From Polyangiaceae bacterium (lineage in GTDB: Bacteria; Myxococcota_A; Polyangia; Polyangiales; Polyangiaceae): a stretch of DNA of 64,000 bases. The stretch covers positions 416,001 through 480,000 of the forward strand of contig JANRKO010000006.1 in NCBI GenBank assembly GCA_033763455.1. The letters are read 5' to 3'. The position numbers and the translations under genes were made by a program. Positions 38,751-47,975 of the stretch are shown piece by piece. The notes beneath the pieces were generated by a model. The model searched no databases. It was not told where the DNA came from and saw only the letters and a list, made by a program, of their open reading frames with translations. Numbering within the stretch: position 1 is the first letter of the stretch; each line of letters begins with the position of its first letter.

Positions 38751-40250
38751 GTGGCGTTAGCTTCAGGGTTCACAGCCGGGATCTTAGTCGCGTGGACGAT
38801 CGCTCAGGTGGCTCTTGGAGCGTTTTTCGTGTTGGCGCAAAGGGTGGGGCGTCGACAGGGGGAATACCTTCTGTTTGGCGTGCTGTGCTTTCTGCTCGCA
38901 ATATTGACTGGGGGGATAGCGGCCCTCTACGGCTCGGGTGATTACGAGAACCTCACCACCATCCGCGTGGTGAATGCTGCTGCAATCCTTGCGACCTCGG
39001 TCAACCTGCACTTTGTGTACCGCTACACAGGTGCGCGCCTTCCGAAGAGCTTATTGTTGACACTCTACGCCCTCTGCTTTGGCTTCGAGTTAGCGAACGT
39101 CTCGGTGTGGTGGGGTTCGATGGCTTTTCACCCAATTGATGTCGGCGTGTTGCGCGGGGTCAATTCCGCCACTCCGGCATCTGCACCGTTGGCGTATACG
39201 TTTGCCATTTTTGCCCTGGGCCAGTTGCTGCTTGGGGCCTGGCTGCTGGTCCAGCGCCTGCGCGAAGGTAGCCGTGAGGCCCTGGGTGCCTTGCTCGGCA
39301 CCGGCGTGCTGCTTCTGGCAGTGGGTAATGATTCGGCGATCGTTACCGGAGTCCTGCATGAATCGATCTATCTGGTGCCCCACGCCTTCCTTGCGTACGC
39401 GTTTGGCGTTGCCACCACGCTGCTATTTCGCTACCGCGCCGCGTCCGGAGAGCTCGAGGTAACAGTTGCAAAGCTCGAACAGTCATCATGGGAGCTTAGG
39501 CGTTCGCATGAAGATCTGAAGCTCATTCAAGACGAGTTGATCAAAAAGCAACAGCTCGCTGCTGTGGGGGAATTGGCGGCGGTTATTGCCCACGAAGTCA
39601 GGAACCCGCTGGCCATAATCGTGAACGCTGTGGCTGCCCTCAGGCGGCCGCAGGTAACCGACAATGATCGTGTTACTTTGCTCGGAATAGTCGATGAAGA
39701 GACGGCGCGGCTCAACCGTCTGGTTACGGACCTTTTGCGGTATTCTCGGCCGATTCAGTTGAAGCGCACGGCTATCTCCCTTTCCGATCTCGCGCGTCGC
39801 GTCCCTGCGATGGAAAAGTACGACTGCACAATGCAGCTGGATATCGCGAACGACACCGAGCTCGAAACGATCTGGGTGGATCCAACCCTCTTTCGCGTAG
39901 TGTTTGATAACCTCGTAGATAATGCCTGCCAATCGATGCCAAACGGCGGAATAGTCCGCGTCGTGGTCACGCGCCACGGTGCGCCTGGGCGTGATTTCGC
40001 CAGGATTGAGATTACGGACACGGGGCGTGGCATGGAGCCGGATACCTTGCGTCGCGCCCGTGACCCATTTTTCACCACCCGCCCGAGCGGCACCGGGCTC
40101 GGCCTCCCCATCGTGCAACGCATCATTGAAGCACACGAAGGCGAAATTACCATAAAGAGCGAGCCAAATCAGGGCACAGTGGTCACGCTGTTGATTCCGC
40201 TCGGCGTCCCCACTGGTGTTGATGGAAGCTTGCGTTTAGGTGGGTCATGA
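38751..40250 (+). CDS. Membrane sensor histidine kinase (about 7 TM, HisKA, HATPase)
   Basis: H-box GELAAVIAHEVRNPL, N-box NLVDNA, DTGRGM, PFFTT, GTGLGL. Confidence 0.95.
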   Translation: MALASGFTAGILVAWTIAQVALGAFFVLAQRVGRRQGEYLLFGVLCFLLAILTGGIAALYGSGDYENLTTIRVVNAAAILATSVNLHFVYRYTGARLPKSLLLTLYALCFGFELANVSVWWGSMAFHPIDVGVLRGVNSATPASAPLAYTFAIFALGQLLLGAWLLVQRLREGSREALGALLGTGVLLLAVGNDSAIVTGVLHESIYLVPHAFLAYAFGVATTLLFRYRAASGELEVTVAKLEQSSWELRRSHEDLKLIQDELIKKQQLAAVGELAAVIAHEVRNPLAIIVNAVAALRRPQVTDNDRVTLLGIVDEETARLNRLVTDLLRYSRPIQLKRTAISLSDLARRVPAMEKYDCTMQLDIANDTELETIWVDPTLFRVVFDNLVDNACQSMPNGGIVRVVVTRHGAPGRDFARIEITDTGRGMEPDTLRRARDPFFTTRPSGTGLGLPIVQRIIEAHEGEITIKSEPNQGTVVTLLIPLGVPTGVDGSLRLGGS

Positions 40251-41548
40251 AGAAAAGCAGAGAAGAGTTGGTTGAGCTCGACAAACGCTACGTGTGGCAT
40301 CCCTACACACAGATGCAGGAGTACATCGAATCCGGCGAACCGCTAGTGATTAGTCACGCCAAAGGGAGTCGATTGTTCGATCAGGATGGGCGCTCGTACA
40401 TTGACGGTAACTCGTCGTGGTGGACAGCACTTCTCGGCCACCAGCATCCTCGACTGATCGCCGCGCTCAAGCAACAGGCGGACGAGCTCTGCCATACGGC
40501 GCTCGCGGGTATTACGCATGAGCCAGCCGCACTTCTTGCCGAGGCGCTCGTCAAGGTGGCGCCGCTTGGCCTTACTCGCGTGCTTTTCAGCGACAACGGC
40601 TCCACAGCGCTTGAAGCAGCCATCAAGATGGCCCTGAAATTCTGGCAACAAAACGGGTATCCGGGGCGCAAGCGTTTCGTCGCACTAGAAGGTGCCTTCC
40701 ACGGCGAAACGCTAGGTGTCACGGCGTTATCTGGGGTAGAAGTGTTTCGTCGTCCGTTTGCAGATGTACTGATGGAGTGCATCCACGTGCCGCTCGAAGT
40801 GGATGGATACGAGCGTGCCTTCGCAGTCGCAGAGCGCCTCTTGCGAGACAAAGCCCAGGAGATCGCGGCTGTTGTTGTGGAGCCCCTGCTGCAAGGTGCG
40901 GGCGGGATGCGGGTGTACGCTGCGGAATATCTGAAGCGTCTGCGTGCAGTAACAGCAGAGTTAGATATTCTGTTGGTAGCCGATGAGGTCTTCACGGGGT
41001 ATGGCCGCACCGGGCCCATGTGGGCGTGTGAACACGCGGGCGTGGCACCGGACATCCTTTGTTCGGCGAAGGGCTTCAGCGGTGGGCTTTTGCCTATGGC
41101 CGCCACCCTCGCGTCCGAGCGCGTTTTTGGGGGGTTTTTGGGCGATCCAAGCCGGGCTCTGCATTATGGGCACACCTATTGCGGCAATCCGTTGGGGGCA
41201 CGAGTGGCCCTAGAGGTTTTGGCAGTCTACCGAGACGAAAGCATTCTGGAGCTGGCTCGCCCCAAGGCCCAACGCATCAAAGAAACGGTGCAAGCCTTGG
41301 CCGAGGTTGAAGGCGTGAGTGCCGTGCGGAGCCTCGGCATGGTGGGTGCGGTGGAGCTCCAGAGTTCCTCCAGCGGTTATCTCGAACGTGCCGGGTGGCG
41401 CGTGTATGAAGAAGCCAAGAAACGCGGTGCTTACCTGCGGCCGCTGGGCAACATCGTCTACATGGCGCCGGCGCTGAACATTTCAGAGGTTGATCTGGAG
41501 GAGCTTTTGGCAATCTTCACAGATTCTATTCGAGCCGTACTCAAGTAG
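40247..41548 (+). CDS. bioA: Adenosylmethionine-8-amino-7-oxononanoate aminotransferase
   Basis: VWHPYTQM, DG.SSWW, SDNGSTA.E.A.KMA, EPLLQGAGGM, DEVFTG.GRTG, AKG.SGG.LP, HTY.GNP, LRPLGN. Confidence 0.95.
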   Translation: MKKSREELVELDKRYVWHPYTQMQEYIESGEPLVISHAKGSRLFDQDGRSYIDGNSSWWTALLGHQHPRLIAALKQQADELCHTALAGITHEPAALLAEALVKVAPLGLTRVLFSDNGSTALEAAIKMALKFWQQNGYPGRKRFVALEGAFHGETLGVTALSGVEVFRRPFADVLMECIHVPLEVDGYERAFAVAERLLRDKAQEIAAVVVEPLLQGAGGMRVYAAEYLKRLRAVTAELDILLVADEVFTGYGRTGPMWACEHAGVAPDILCSAKGFSGGLLPMAATLASERVFGGFLGDPSRALHYGHTYCGNPLGARVALEVLAVYRDESILELARPKAQRIKETVQALAEVEGVSAVRSLGMVGAVELQSSSSGYLERAGWRVYEEAKKRGAYLRPLGNIVYMAPALNISEVDLEELLAIFTDSIRAVLK

Positions 41549-41827
41549 CTCAGCAAGTCCCGGCCGCTTCGGCGGTGGAACAGGTGCTCTCACCTCGGGT
41601 GGTGAGCTTTGGGCGTGCGCGAGTCAGTACTTAGCATGCTAAGGGTCTCCCAACCGCAATGAACGCCGCGCTCCTCCCGGGAGCCGTTTCGGACTCTGCA
41701 CCCATTGCGATCTCGATTGCCGGGGGCCTGGTTCCGCTGGATTGCGCTTTGCCCAATGGGAGGGCGGTCGGAAGTCTTGCAGCTCTCTTGACCCGAAGAT
41801 CTCTCAAGGCCTATCGACTGACCGAGC

Positions 41828-42211
41828 ATGGCACAGAGAAAGCGCTACGTATTTGTGTGCGTCAACCGGCGCCCTGATGGCACACCCAAGGGCTCATGTG
41901 CAGTACGCGGGAGCGAGGAGCTCCTGGTTCACCTCAAGGCGCGGCTGAAGGAACGAAAGTTGGCGGACGTTGAGGTGCGAGCTTGCAGCTCCAGTTGCCT
42001 GGACGCCTGCTGGGTTGGGCCGTGTGTCGCGGTGGAGCCGGACCACTATTTCTATGGGCGCGTTCAGCCGGGCGACATTGAGGAAATCATTGATGCCTGG
42101 GAGCAGGGCTCTCGTGTCGAAAGGTTAGTGTTATCCGAGGCCGATTTCGTGTTGCCCAAAGAGCTCAAACGTCTTGAGGATGAGGCGAAGCTTCAGAAAG
42201 GCAAAGCGTGA
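41828..42211 (+). CDS. Thioredoxin-like [2Fe-2S] ferredoxin
   Basis: VFVC.N.R....PKGSC...GS, CLDAC..GP...V.PD..FYG.V. Confidence 0.9.
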   Translation: MAQRKRYVFVCVNRRPDGTPKGSCAVRGSEELLVHLKARLKERKLADVEVRACSSSCLDACWVGPCVAVEPDHYFYGRVQPGDIEEIIDAWEQGSRVERLVLSEADFVLPKELKRLEDEAKLQKGKA

Positions 42212-42765
42212 AGCGTTTTGATCCAAGTTCGGCCGTCTTAGTGATTATCGACATTCAGGAGCGTTTGGCTCCCGCTATGCCGGAAGAACGCATGGTCGCC
42301 GTGAAGCGTTCAGCCGAGATATTGCTTCAGGCTGCGCGTCTCTGGGAGATGCCAGTGCTTCTTACCGAGCAATACCCGCAAGGTTTGGGCCCCACCATCG
42401 CAAGCATCAGCGATAGCCTGTTGGAACAGTCAGTTCACCGTTTTGAGAAGGTGGAGTTTAGTGCGTGTGACGCATTCGGTTTCGACGAGAATCTGAAGTC
42501 GCTTGGTAAGGATTGGACGATCGTTATTGGCATGGAGACGCACGTTTGCATCTTCCAAACGGTGCGTGACCTTTGTGAGCGAGGTCATTCGGTTCTTCTG
42601 CCGGTGGATGGTGTGGTCTCTCGCAGGGAGGATCATCGGGAATTAGGGCTCAAGCTTTGCCAAGCCGAGGGTGCCCGTCTCACAACGACCGAAACCCTCG
42701 TGTTCGATGGCTTGCGTCGCGCCGGCACCCCAGAGTTCCGCGCTCTTTCGAAGTTCATTCGCTAG
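42208..42765 (+). CDS. Isochorismatase family cysteine hydrolase
   Basis: IDIQERL.PAM, TEQYP.GLGPT, K..FS, GMETHVC..QT..DL. Confidence 0.93.
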   Translation: MKRFDPSSAVLVIIDIQERLAPAMPEERMVAVKRSAEILLQAARLWEMPVLLTEQYPQGLGPTIASISDSLLEQSVHRFEKVEFSACDAFGFDENLKSLGKDWTIVIGMETHVCIFQTVRDLCERGHSVLLPVDGVVSRREDHRELGLKLCQAEGARLTTTETLVFDGLRRAGTPEFRALSKFIR

Positions 42766-42870
42766 CGGCTAAGTTCTCCGCGGGGGTTATTGCAGAAGCA
42801 GCCCGCGAAGGAGGCAGGGTTGTGGAGTATTAGTAGCAATTTCAGATGTTTGTCATGGATCCTCCGAGGC

Positions 42871-42903
42871 TGCCAGTCTGTCTGTCAAATTGACATCATG
42901 GCA
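42871..42903. promoter_or_regulatory. Cluster of TG(T/C)CA-N3-TG(A/G/T)CA boxes before the NtrC-type gene
   Basis: Perfect palindrome TGTCA-AAT-TGACA at 42883-42895, with overlapping variants at 42871 and 42891. Confidence 0.55.
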
Positions 42904-42923
42904 TATCCTTTGACATATCGCGC

Positions 42924-44357
42924 ATGGTCAGCCATCTTGGCGGGATGGACGACAGTGTGACGAACGCGGAGAGCAGCCCCGAAAAAGGCGTTCCGGGCCA
43001 GGGCCCGAGCCCACTCAAGGAAGTAACGCTCCTTGTTGTGGATGACGAGGCGAGCAACTTACTTTCTCTTGAGAAGATTTTTCAGCGCGAGAGCATGCGT
43101 GTGTTCACCGCTGAGAATGCCAAAGTAGCGCTCGAGATCCTGCGGCGTCACCGCATCCAGGTAGTGCTTACAGATCTCATGATGCCTGGCGTGAATGGTG
43201 TCGAGTTGTTGCGCGGAGTGAAGGAAATTTCTCCGGACACTGAGGTTGTGCTGATGACGGCCTACGGAAACGTGGAAACGGCCGTGCAAGCGATGCGGCT
43301 CGGGGCATTTGACTTCGTTGAGAAGCCACTCAAGCGCATGACGATCGTCAAAAGCATTCGTATGGCGGCGGAACGCCAGTCGCTCGTGAGCGAGAACCGT
43401 TCGCTGAGAAGAGAGTTGGAGCTGCTCACAACGCGTGAGATCATTGGCCAAAGCGGGGCGTTGCGGCACGTGCTCGATGTGGCCACTCAAGCCGCGCCGT
43501 CGAGCGCAACGGTGCTGGTGCTTGGCGAAAGCGGTACAGGCAAAGAGCTCATCGCTCGTTATGTGCACGGCAAGAGTGGCCGAGCTTCGGGGCCGTTTGT
43601 CGCGGTCAATTGCGCAGCCATTCCAGAGAGCATCCTTGAGGCAGAGCTGTTTGGTCACGAACGTGGTGCGTTCACCGGCGCCGTAGCCAGACGGGATGGG
43701 CGCTTTGCCAAGGCCAAAGGTGGCACGCTTTTCCTGGACGAAATAGGCGAGCTTAGCCCAGCCGTCCAAGTGAAGATCCTGCGGGTGCTTCAGGAAGGCG
43801 AATACGAACCTGTAGGGGGGAACTCGACGAAAGCCGATGTTCGAATCATCGCCGCAACTAACCGGGACTTGGATGCCGAGGTGGAGGCGGGAAGGTTCCG
43901 AGAGGATTTGTTTTATCGACTCAATGTGATCGCGGTTACAGCTCCTCCTCTGCGAACTCGCCGTGAAGACATACCGCTGCTAGTGGATCATTTCTTGGGC
44001 GTGTATTGTCGCAAGAACCACCGTAGTCGCTTGATCGTGGAGCCGGAGGTGATGGCAAAGCTTTTGGACTATGCCTGGCCCGGTAACGTTCGCGAACTTG
44101 AAAATATCGTGGAACGGGCGGCGGTGCTTTGCCGAGGGGAGGTTTGGGCTTTAGCTGATCTGCCTCAGTCGGTAGCGCGAGCCGTCGATCACCGATCGTC
44201 TGCGCTTACCTTTGAACTCGGAACGCCCCTTGCCGAAGTTGAGGAAAGACTGATTCGGGAGACCCTGCGTTCCACCAATGGCGACAAGTCGTTGGCGGCG
44301 CAGCTGCTCGGGATCTCGACGCGAACGATCTATCGCAAGCTGGATGAGGCCCCATGA
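42924..44357 (+). CDS. Sigma-54-dependent response regulator (REC, AAA+, Fis HTH)
   Basis: LVVDDE, DLMMP, GESGTGKE, GAFTGA, LFLDEIG, FREDLFYRLNV, WPGNVRELEN, C-terminal HTH. Confidence 0.97.
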   Translation: MVSHLGGMDDSVTNAESSPEKGVPGQGPSPLKEVTLLVVDDEASNLLSLEKIFQRESMRVFTAENAKVALEILRRHRIQVVLTDLMMPGVNGVELLRGVKEISPDTEVVLMTAYGNVETAVQAMRLGAFDFVEKPLKRMTIVKSIRMAAERQSLVSENRSLRRELELLTTREIIGQSGALRHVLDVATQAAPSSATVLVLGESGTGKELIARYVHGKSGRASGPFVAVNCAAIPESILEAELFGHERGAFTGAVARRDGRFAKAKGGTLFLDEIGELSPAVQVKILRVLQEGEYEPVGGNSTKADVRIIAATNRDLDAEVEAGRFREDLFYRLNVIAVTAPPLRTRREDIPLLVDHFLGVYCRKNHRSRLIVEPEVMAKLLDYAWPGNVRELENIVERAAVLCRGEVWALADLPQSVARAVDHRSSALTFELGTPLAEVEERLIRETLRSTNGDKSLAAQLLGISTRTIYRKLDEAP

Positions 44358-44362
44358 ATCAC

Positions 44363-44406
44363 GGGCTTTCGTCGCGCCTACCGGCGCGCCCGAAGGCGCC
44401 TTTTTT
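44363..44406 (+). terminator. Possible intrinsic terminator after the activator gene
   Basis: CGCGCC-TACC-GGCGCG stem with TTCG/CGAA extension, followed by T6. Confidence 0.45.
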
Positions 44407-44520
44407 GCCAATCTGTCAGTTGGGGCTGGTGTGGCCTTGGATTGTTGCCAGGTTGACGAACGGTGCTCGTGAGAACCTGGCATAAAGCCCGGAAAATAAT
44501 GGGATTTTGAGGCTAGACCG

Positions 44521-44537
44521 TTGGCACAACTCTCGCT
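44521..44537 (+). promoter_or_regulatory. Sigma-54 (-24/-12) promoter of the gsp operon
   Basis: TTGGCACAACTCTCGCT: GG at 44523-4 and GC at 44535-6 (N10 spacing), 21 nt before gspC. Confidence 0.75.
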
Positions 44538-44558
44538 ATCCACTCGCTCAGGTAAATC

Positions 44559-45542
44559 GTGGCCATCGACGCACTTCTTCGGAAATACTTCACTTTGGTA
44601 GTGCTCGGCTTGATAGCCACCGTTGCCTACCTCCAGGGCTCAGGGGTAGCCCAGCTCGTCAGTGTGGCTCTTATTGGCAAAGACGACGCACCTTTGCCGA
44701 AGGTTGCCCCAAGCTCAACGGCAACATCCGCTAGGCCGCCGCGTTCCAGCGCTCAGCCGCTTTTGGACCGCAATCCCTTCGATTCAGTCACCGGCCCGCT
44801 GAAGCCCAAGCCGGTTGAGCCTGTATCGCCCGTACCGCTCACGCCAGTCGTTACCGATCCGTTGAGCGCTCCCCCGTGTGAGGGCGTTCAGGTGCTGATC
44901 GTCACGGAGTCGCCGGATCCACTGTGGTCGCTCGTACTTCTGCAGGTCGGCGGAGAGACGAAGCTTTTCCGTGTGGGCGATTCGGCGGGCGATAGAAAAG
45001 TTGCGTTCATTGGCTATAACCCTCTGCAAGGCAGCCCTTCGGTGTGGTTCGAATCGGCCGGTACGGTGTGCCAGGTGATGTTGTTTGGCACTCCTCCCGG
45101 TGCTCCAGTTGCCGCCGCCGCTCCAGCGCCTGCGTCTGCTGCGACGCCGCAACCACCTCCAGGTACCGGGCAGGCGCCTGAAGTGCCGCCAGACATTGCC
45201 GCCAAGATCAAACGCATCAGCGACAGTGAATACAACGTGGATCGTTCAGTCGTGGATAAGATCCTCGAAAATCAAGCTGAGCTCATGAAATCTGCGCGCA
45301 TTGTTCCCGAGCAAAGGGACGGAAAAATGGTGGGGATTCGTCTGTTCGGCATTCGGCCAACGGCACTTCTCGGTGTGCTCGGCCTGCAGAACGGGGACCG
45401 TCTAGAACAAATCAATGGCTTTGATATGGCGAGCCCCGAAAAGGCGCTCGAAGCGTATGCCCGCCTGCGCACGGCCAACAATCTCACAGTCAAAGTCACT
45501 CGTCGGGGCCAGCCCTTAAACATCGACTACCGAATCAAGTAA
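44559..45542 (+). CDS. gspC: Type II secretion protein GspC
   Basis: N-terminal TM, RNPFD, C-terminal PDZ (ARIVP...GIRLFGIRP...LGLQNGD...INGF); first gene of the cluster. Confidence 0.92.
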   Translation: MAIDALLRKYFTLVVLGLIATVAYLQGSGVAQLVSVALIGKDDAPLPKVAPSSTATSARPPRSSAQPLLDRNPFDSVTGPLKPKPVEPVSPVPLTPVVTDPLSAPPCEGVQVLIVTESPDPLWSLVLLQVGGETKLFRVGDSAGDRKVAFIGYNPLQGSPSVWFESAGTVCQVMLFGTPPGAPVAAAAPAPASAATPQPPPGTGQAPEVPPDIAAKIKRISDSEYNVDRSVVDKILENQAELMKSARIVPEQRDGKMVGIRLFGIRPTALLGVLGLQNGDRLEQINGFDMASPEKALEAYARLRTANNLTVKVTRRGQPLNIDYRIK

Positions 45543-45544
45543 CC

Positions 45545-47974
45545 ATGTTAAAAAAGCACTTAACTGTATTGAGTTTGGTTGGGCTTCCGAGCTTCCTGTT
45601 CGCTGCCTCAAGCGCCGCACAGCCTCAAGATCCTCCCGGCACGGCCGTGCCTCCTCCCGCCACCATGGATAAGATCGCCAAGGCGGTAGATGTGCCTTAT
45701 CGTCCAAAGCCGGGTGGGCAGTTGGTGAAGTTCAACTTGGAGGAGGCCGATCTTTCTGAGCTTGTAAAGTACATCAGCGTGCTCACGGGGCGTCGATTTA
45801 TAGTTAATCCGAAGTTGCGCACCATCAAAGCAACGGTTTCGTCGCCTTCGCCCGTCACCCTTGAAGAGGCTTACCAGGTATTTCTCTCGATCCTTGATAT
45901 TAATGGCATGACGGTGGTTCCCCAAGGCCGCTTCCTCAAGATTGTGGATAGCGGCGGCATCACTACGCAGGGAACACCAGTAATCGCGCGCGGTGCGCCA
46001 GTTCCAGCAACGGATAGCTATGTCACGCGGCTGTACCGCCTGGCTCATATCTCGCCGGATGAGGCTGTAAAGGTCCTCACGAAGTTCAAGAGCAAGGAGG
46101 GGGATCTTTCCACCTACACTCCGGGCAACCTTCTGATCATCACGGATACCGGCACCCAAATCGCGCGCTTGGTGCGCATTCTGGAGGAGGTGGACATCGG
46201 CGGGGCCGGCCAGCAGATGTGGATCCAGCCTGTAAACGGGGATGCGGATGACATTGCCAAACGCGTGACTGAATTGTTCAACGTTGGCAAAGATCCTAAT
46301 GCCGCGGGGGGCCTCACCAAGGTAGTTGCCGACGGGAAATCCAATTCCCTCATCGTGATGGGAAGCCAAGAGAGCTACCTCAGGCTGCTGGAGCTTCTGA
46401 AGCGCCTGGATGATAAACCCGCAGCCTCGGGCAAAGTGCGAGTAGTTCCCGTGCAACACGCGGTGGCGCAGGAGTTGGCCACGACGTTGACGGCCATGTT
46501 GGCGGCCACCGGCAAAGACGCAGCTGCAGATGCCGGTGGGATGTTCGAAGGTGCCGTGAAGGTAACCGCTGATGTTCCGACAAATTCGTTGATTGTCACG
46601 TCTTCCTCGCGTGACTACGCCACTTTGCGCTTGGTGCTTGATCAGCTGGATCGCGAGCGGCGTCAGGTTTACATCGAAGCTGTGATCATGGACCTTTCGG
46701 TTTCGGATTCGTCCGAATTAGGTCTCTCTTTCCACGGAGGGAAGCAGTTTGGAACGGGCAGCGCGGTCGGCCAAAGCCTGTTGCTGGGTGGGTTTCAGGC
46801 GGGGAAATCCGCTGCATTCCCTGTTGACGCAACCTCGCTTTCGGGTTTTGCCGCTGGCCTCAGGGGGCCAGAAATTCCGGGGACGAAGGCTCTGCTCGGT
46901 CGAAGCATCCCGGCGTTTGGCGTGGTTCTAAACGCGCTGGCTTCTAGCGGAAAGTCAAACATATTAGCAACTCCACACATCATTGCGACCGACAACGTCC
47001 AGGCAGAAATCAACATTGGCGAGAACGTCCCCTTGCAGACCAACGTCGGCGGTTCAGCACTTGCTGCCGCGGCCGGAGCTGCCGGCGCGCAGAACGCCGC
47101 ATTGCTGGGTGCCCTTAGCGGTGGTAGCGGTTTCAGCGCCCCTCGCCAGGACGTCGGCAACAAGATCCGCATTACGCCGCACATCAACGAGTCGAATCAA
47201 GTACGCCTTGAAATCGATCAAGAGAGTAGCGCAGCCGGTGCGGCCTCGGGCAGCCTGGGCGCGGTCACGATCACCAAACGCACGGCGCAAACTACCCTCG
47301 TGGTGGCCGATCAGCAAACGGTGGTGATTGGTGGTCTGACTCGGGACGAGGAGTCGACATCCCGTGAAAAAGTTCCGGTGTTAGGGGACATCCCAGTGCT
47401 TGGCGCCCTCTTTCGCCGTTCAACGACGCGCAAGAGCAAGGCCAATTTGCTCCTCATTCTTACGCCGTACGTGATTCGCTCGCAGGACGATCTGCGCAAA
47501 ATCTTTGAGCGAAAGATGCAAGAACGTCAGGAATTTCTGGATCGCAATTTCGTTTTCTCGGGTGAAGATTGGAAGGCTCCCCGGGATTATTCGCGCAGTA
47601 ACGGTGCCGTCGAAGACATACGGCAAGCCACGTTTGAGCTCAAAGAGCAGGCGCGCCTAGAGGAGGAGAGTCGGCCTGGCGAGTCCCAGAAACACCTGCC
47701 GTTGGCGCCCATCGAGCTTCCACCAGCGGAAGGCGCTGATAGTGTGAACCCAGCGACGGTGGGTGCCCCCGCCGAGCAGGCTCCGCCAGCACAGGCTACC
47801 CCGGTGCCGACACCACCACCACCACCGCCACCACCGCCGGCGCGTCCTCAGGGGGAAGGTGGTGGGTTGCCCGAGGGCGATTCGAAGCAAGCCAGCCAAA
47901 AACGTCCGACTGAGTCAGGCACGGCACCACTTCGCATCGTGCGTATGGCACGCAGCGTGGAAGCGGGAGAGTAA
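45545..47974 (+). CDS. gspD: Type II secretion secretin GspD
   Basis: N0 (FNLEEADL, EAYQVFLSIL), N-domain repeats, QVYIEAVI, NILATP, KVPVLGDIPVLG.LFR, NLLLILTPY. Confidence 0.96.
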   Translation: MLKKHLTVLSLVGLPSFLFAASSAAQPQDPPGTAVPPPATMDKIAKAVDVPYRPKPGGQLVKFNLEEADLSELVKYISVLTGRRFIVNPKLRTIKATVSSPSPVTLEEAYQVFLSILDINGMTVVPQGRFLKIVDSGGITTQGTPVIARGAPVPATDSYVTRLYRLAHISPDEAVKVLTKFKSKEGDLSTYTPGNLLIITDTGTQIARLVRILEEVDIGGAGQQMWIQPVNGDADDIAKRVTELFNVGKDPNAAGGLTKVVADGKSNSLIVMGSQESYLRLLELLKRLDDKPAASGKVRVVPVQHAVAQELATTLTAMLAATGKDAAADAGGMFEGAVKVTADVPTNSLIVTSSSRDYATLRLVLDQLDRERRQVYIEAVIMDLSVSDSSELGLSFHGGKQFGTGSAVGQSLLLGGFQAGKSAAFPVDATSLSGFAAGLRGPEIPGTKALLGRSIPAFGVVLNALASSGKSNILATPHIIATDNVQAEINIGENVPLQTNVGGSALAAAAGAAGAQNAALLGALSGGSGFSAPRQDVGNKIRITPHINESNQVRLEIDQESSAAGAASGSLGAVTITKRTAQTTLVVADQQTVVIGGLTRDEESTSREKVPVLGDIPVLGALFRRSTTRKSKANLLLILTPYVIRSQDDLRKIFERKMQERQEFLDRNFVFSGEDWKAPRDYSRSNGAVEDIRQATFELKEQARLEEESRPGESQKHLPLAPIELPPAEGADSVNPATVGAPAEQAPPAQATPVPTPPPPPPPPPARPQGEGGGLPEGDSKQASQKRPTESGTAPLRIVRMARSVEAGE

Positions 47975-47975
47975 C

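Noticed and set aside
47806..47839. CCA trinucleotide run in gspD as a phase-variation tract
   Set aside because: Interrupted triplet repeat encoding poly-Pro; slippage would keep the frame
47763..47975. His/Arg-rich N-terminal extension of GspE
   Set aside because: It is the alternative-frame reading of the gspD poly-Pro CCA run; the likely start is 47976
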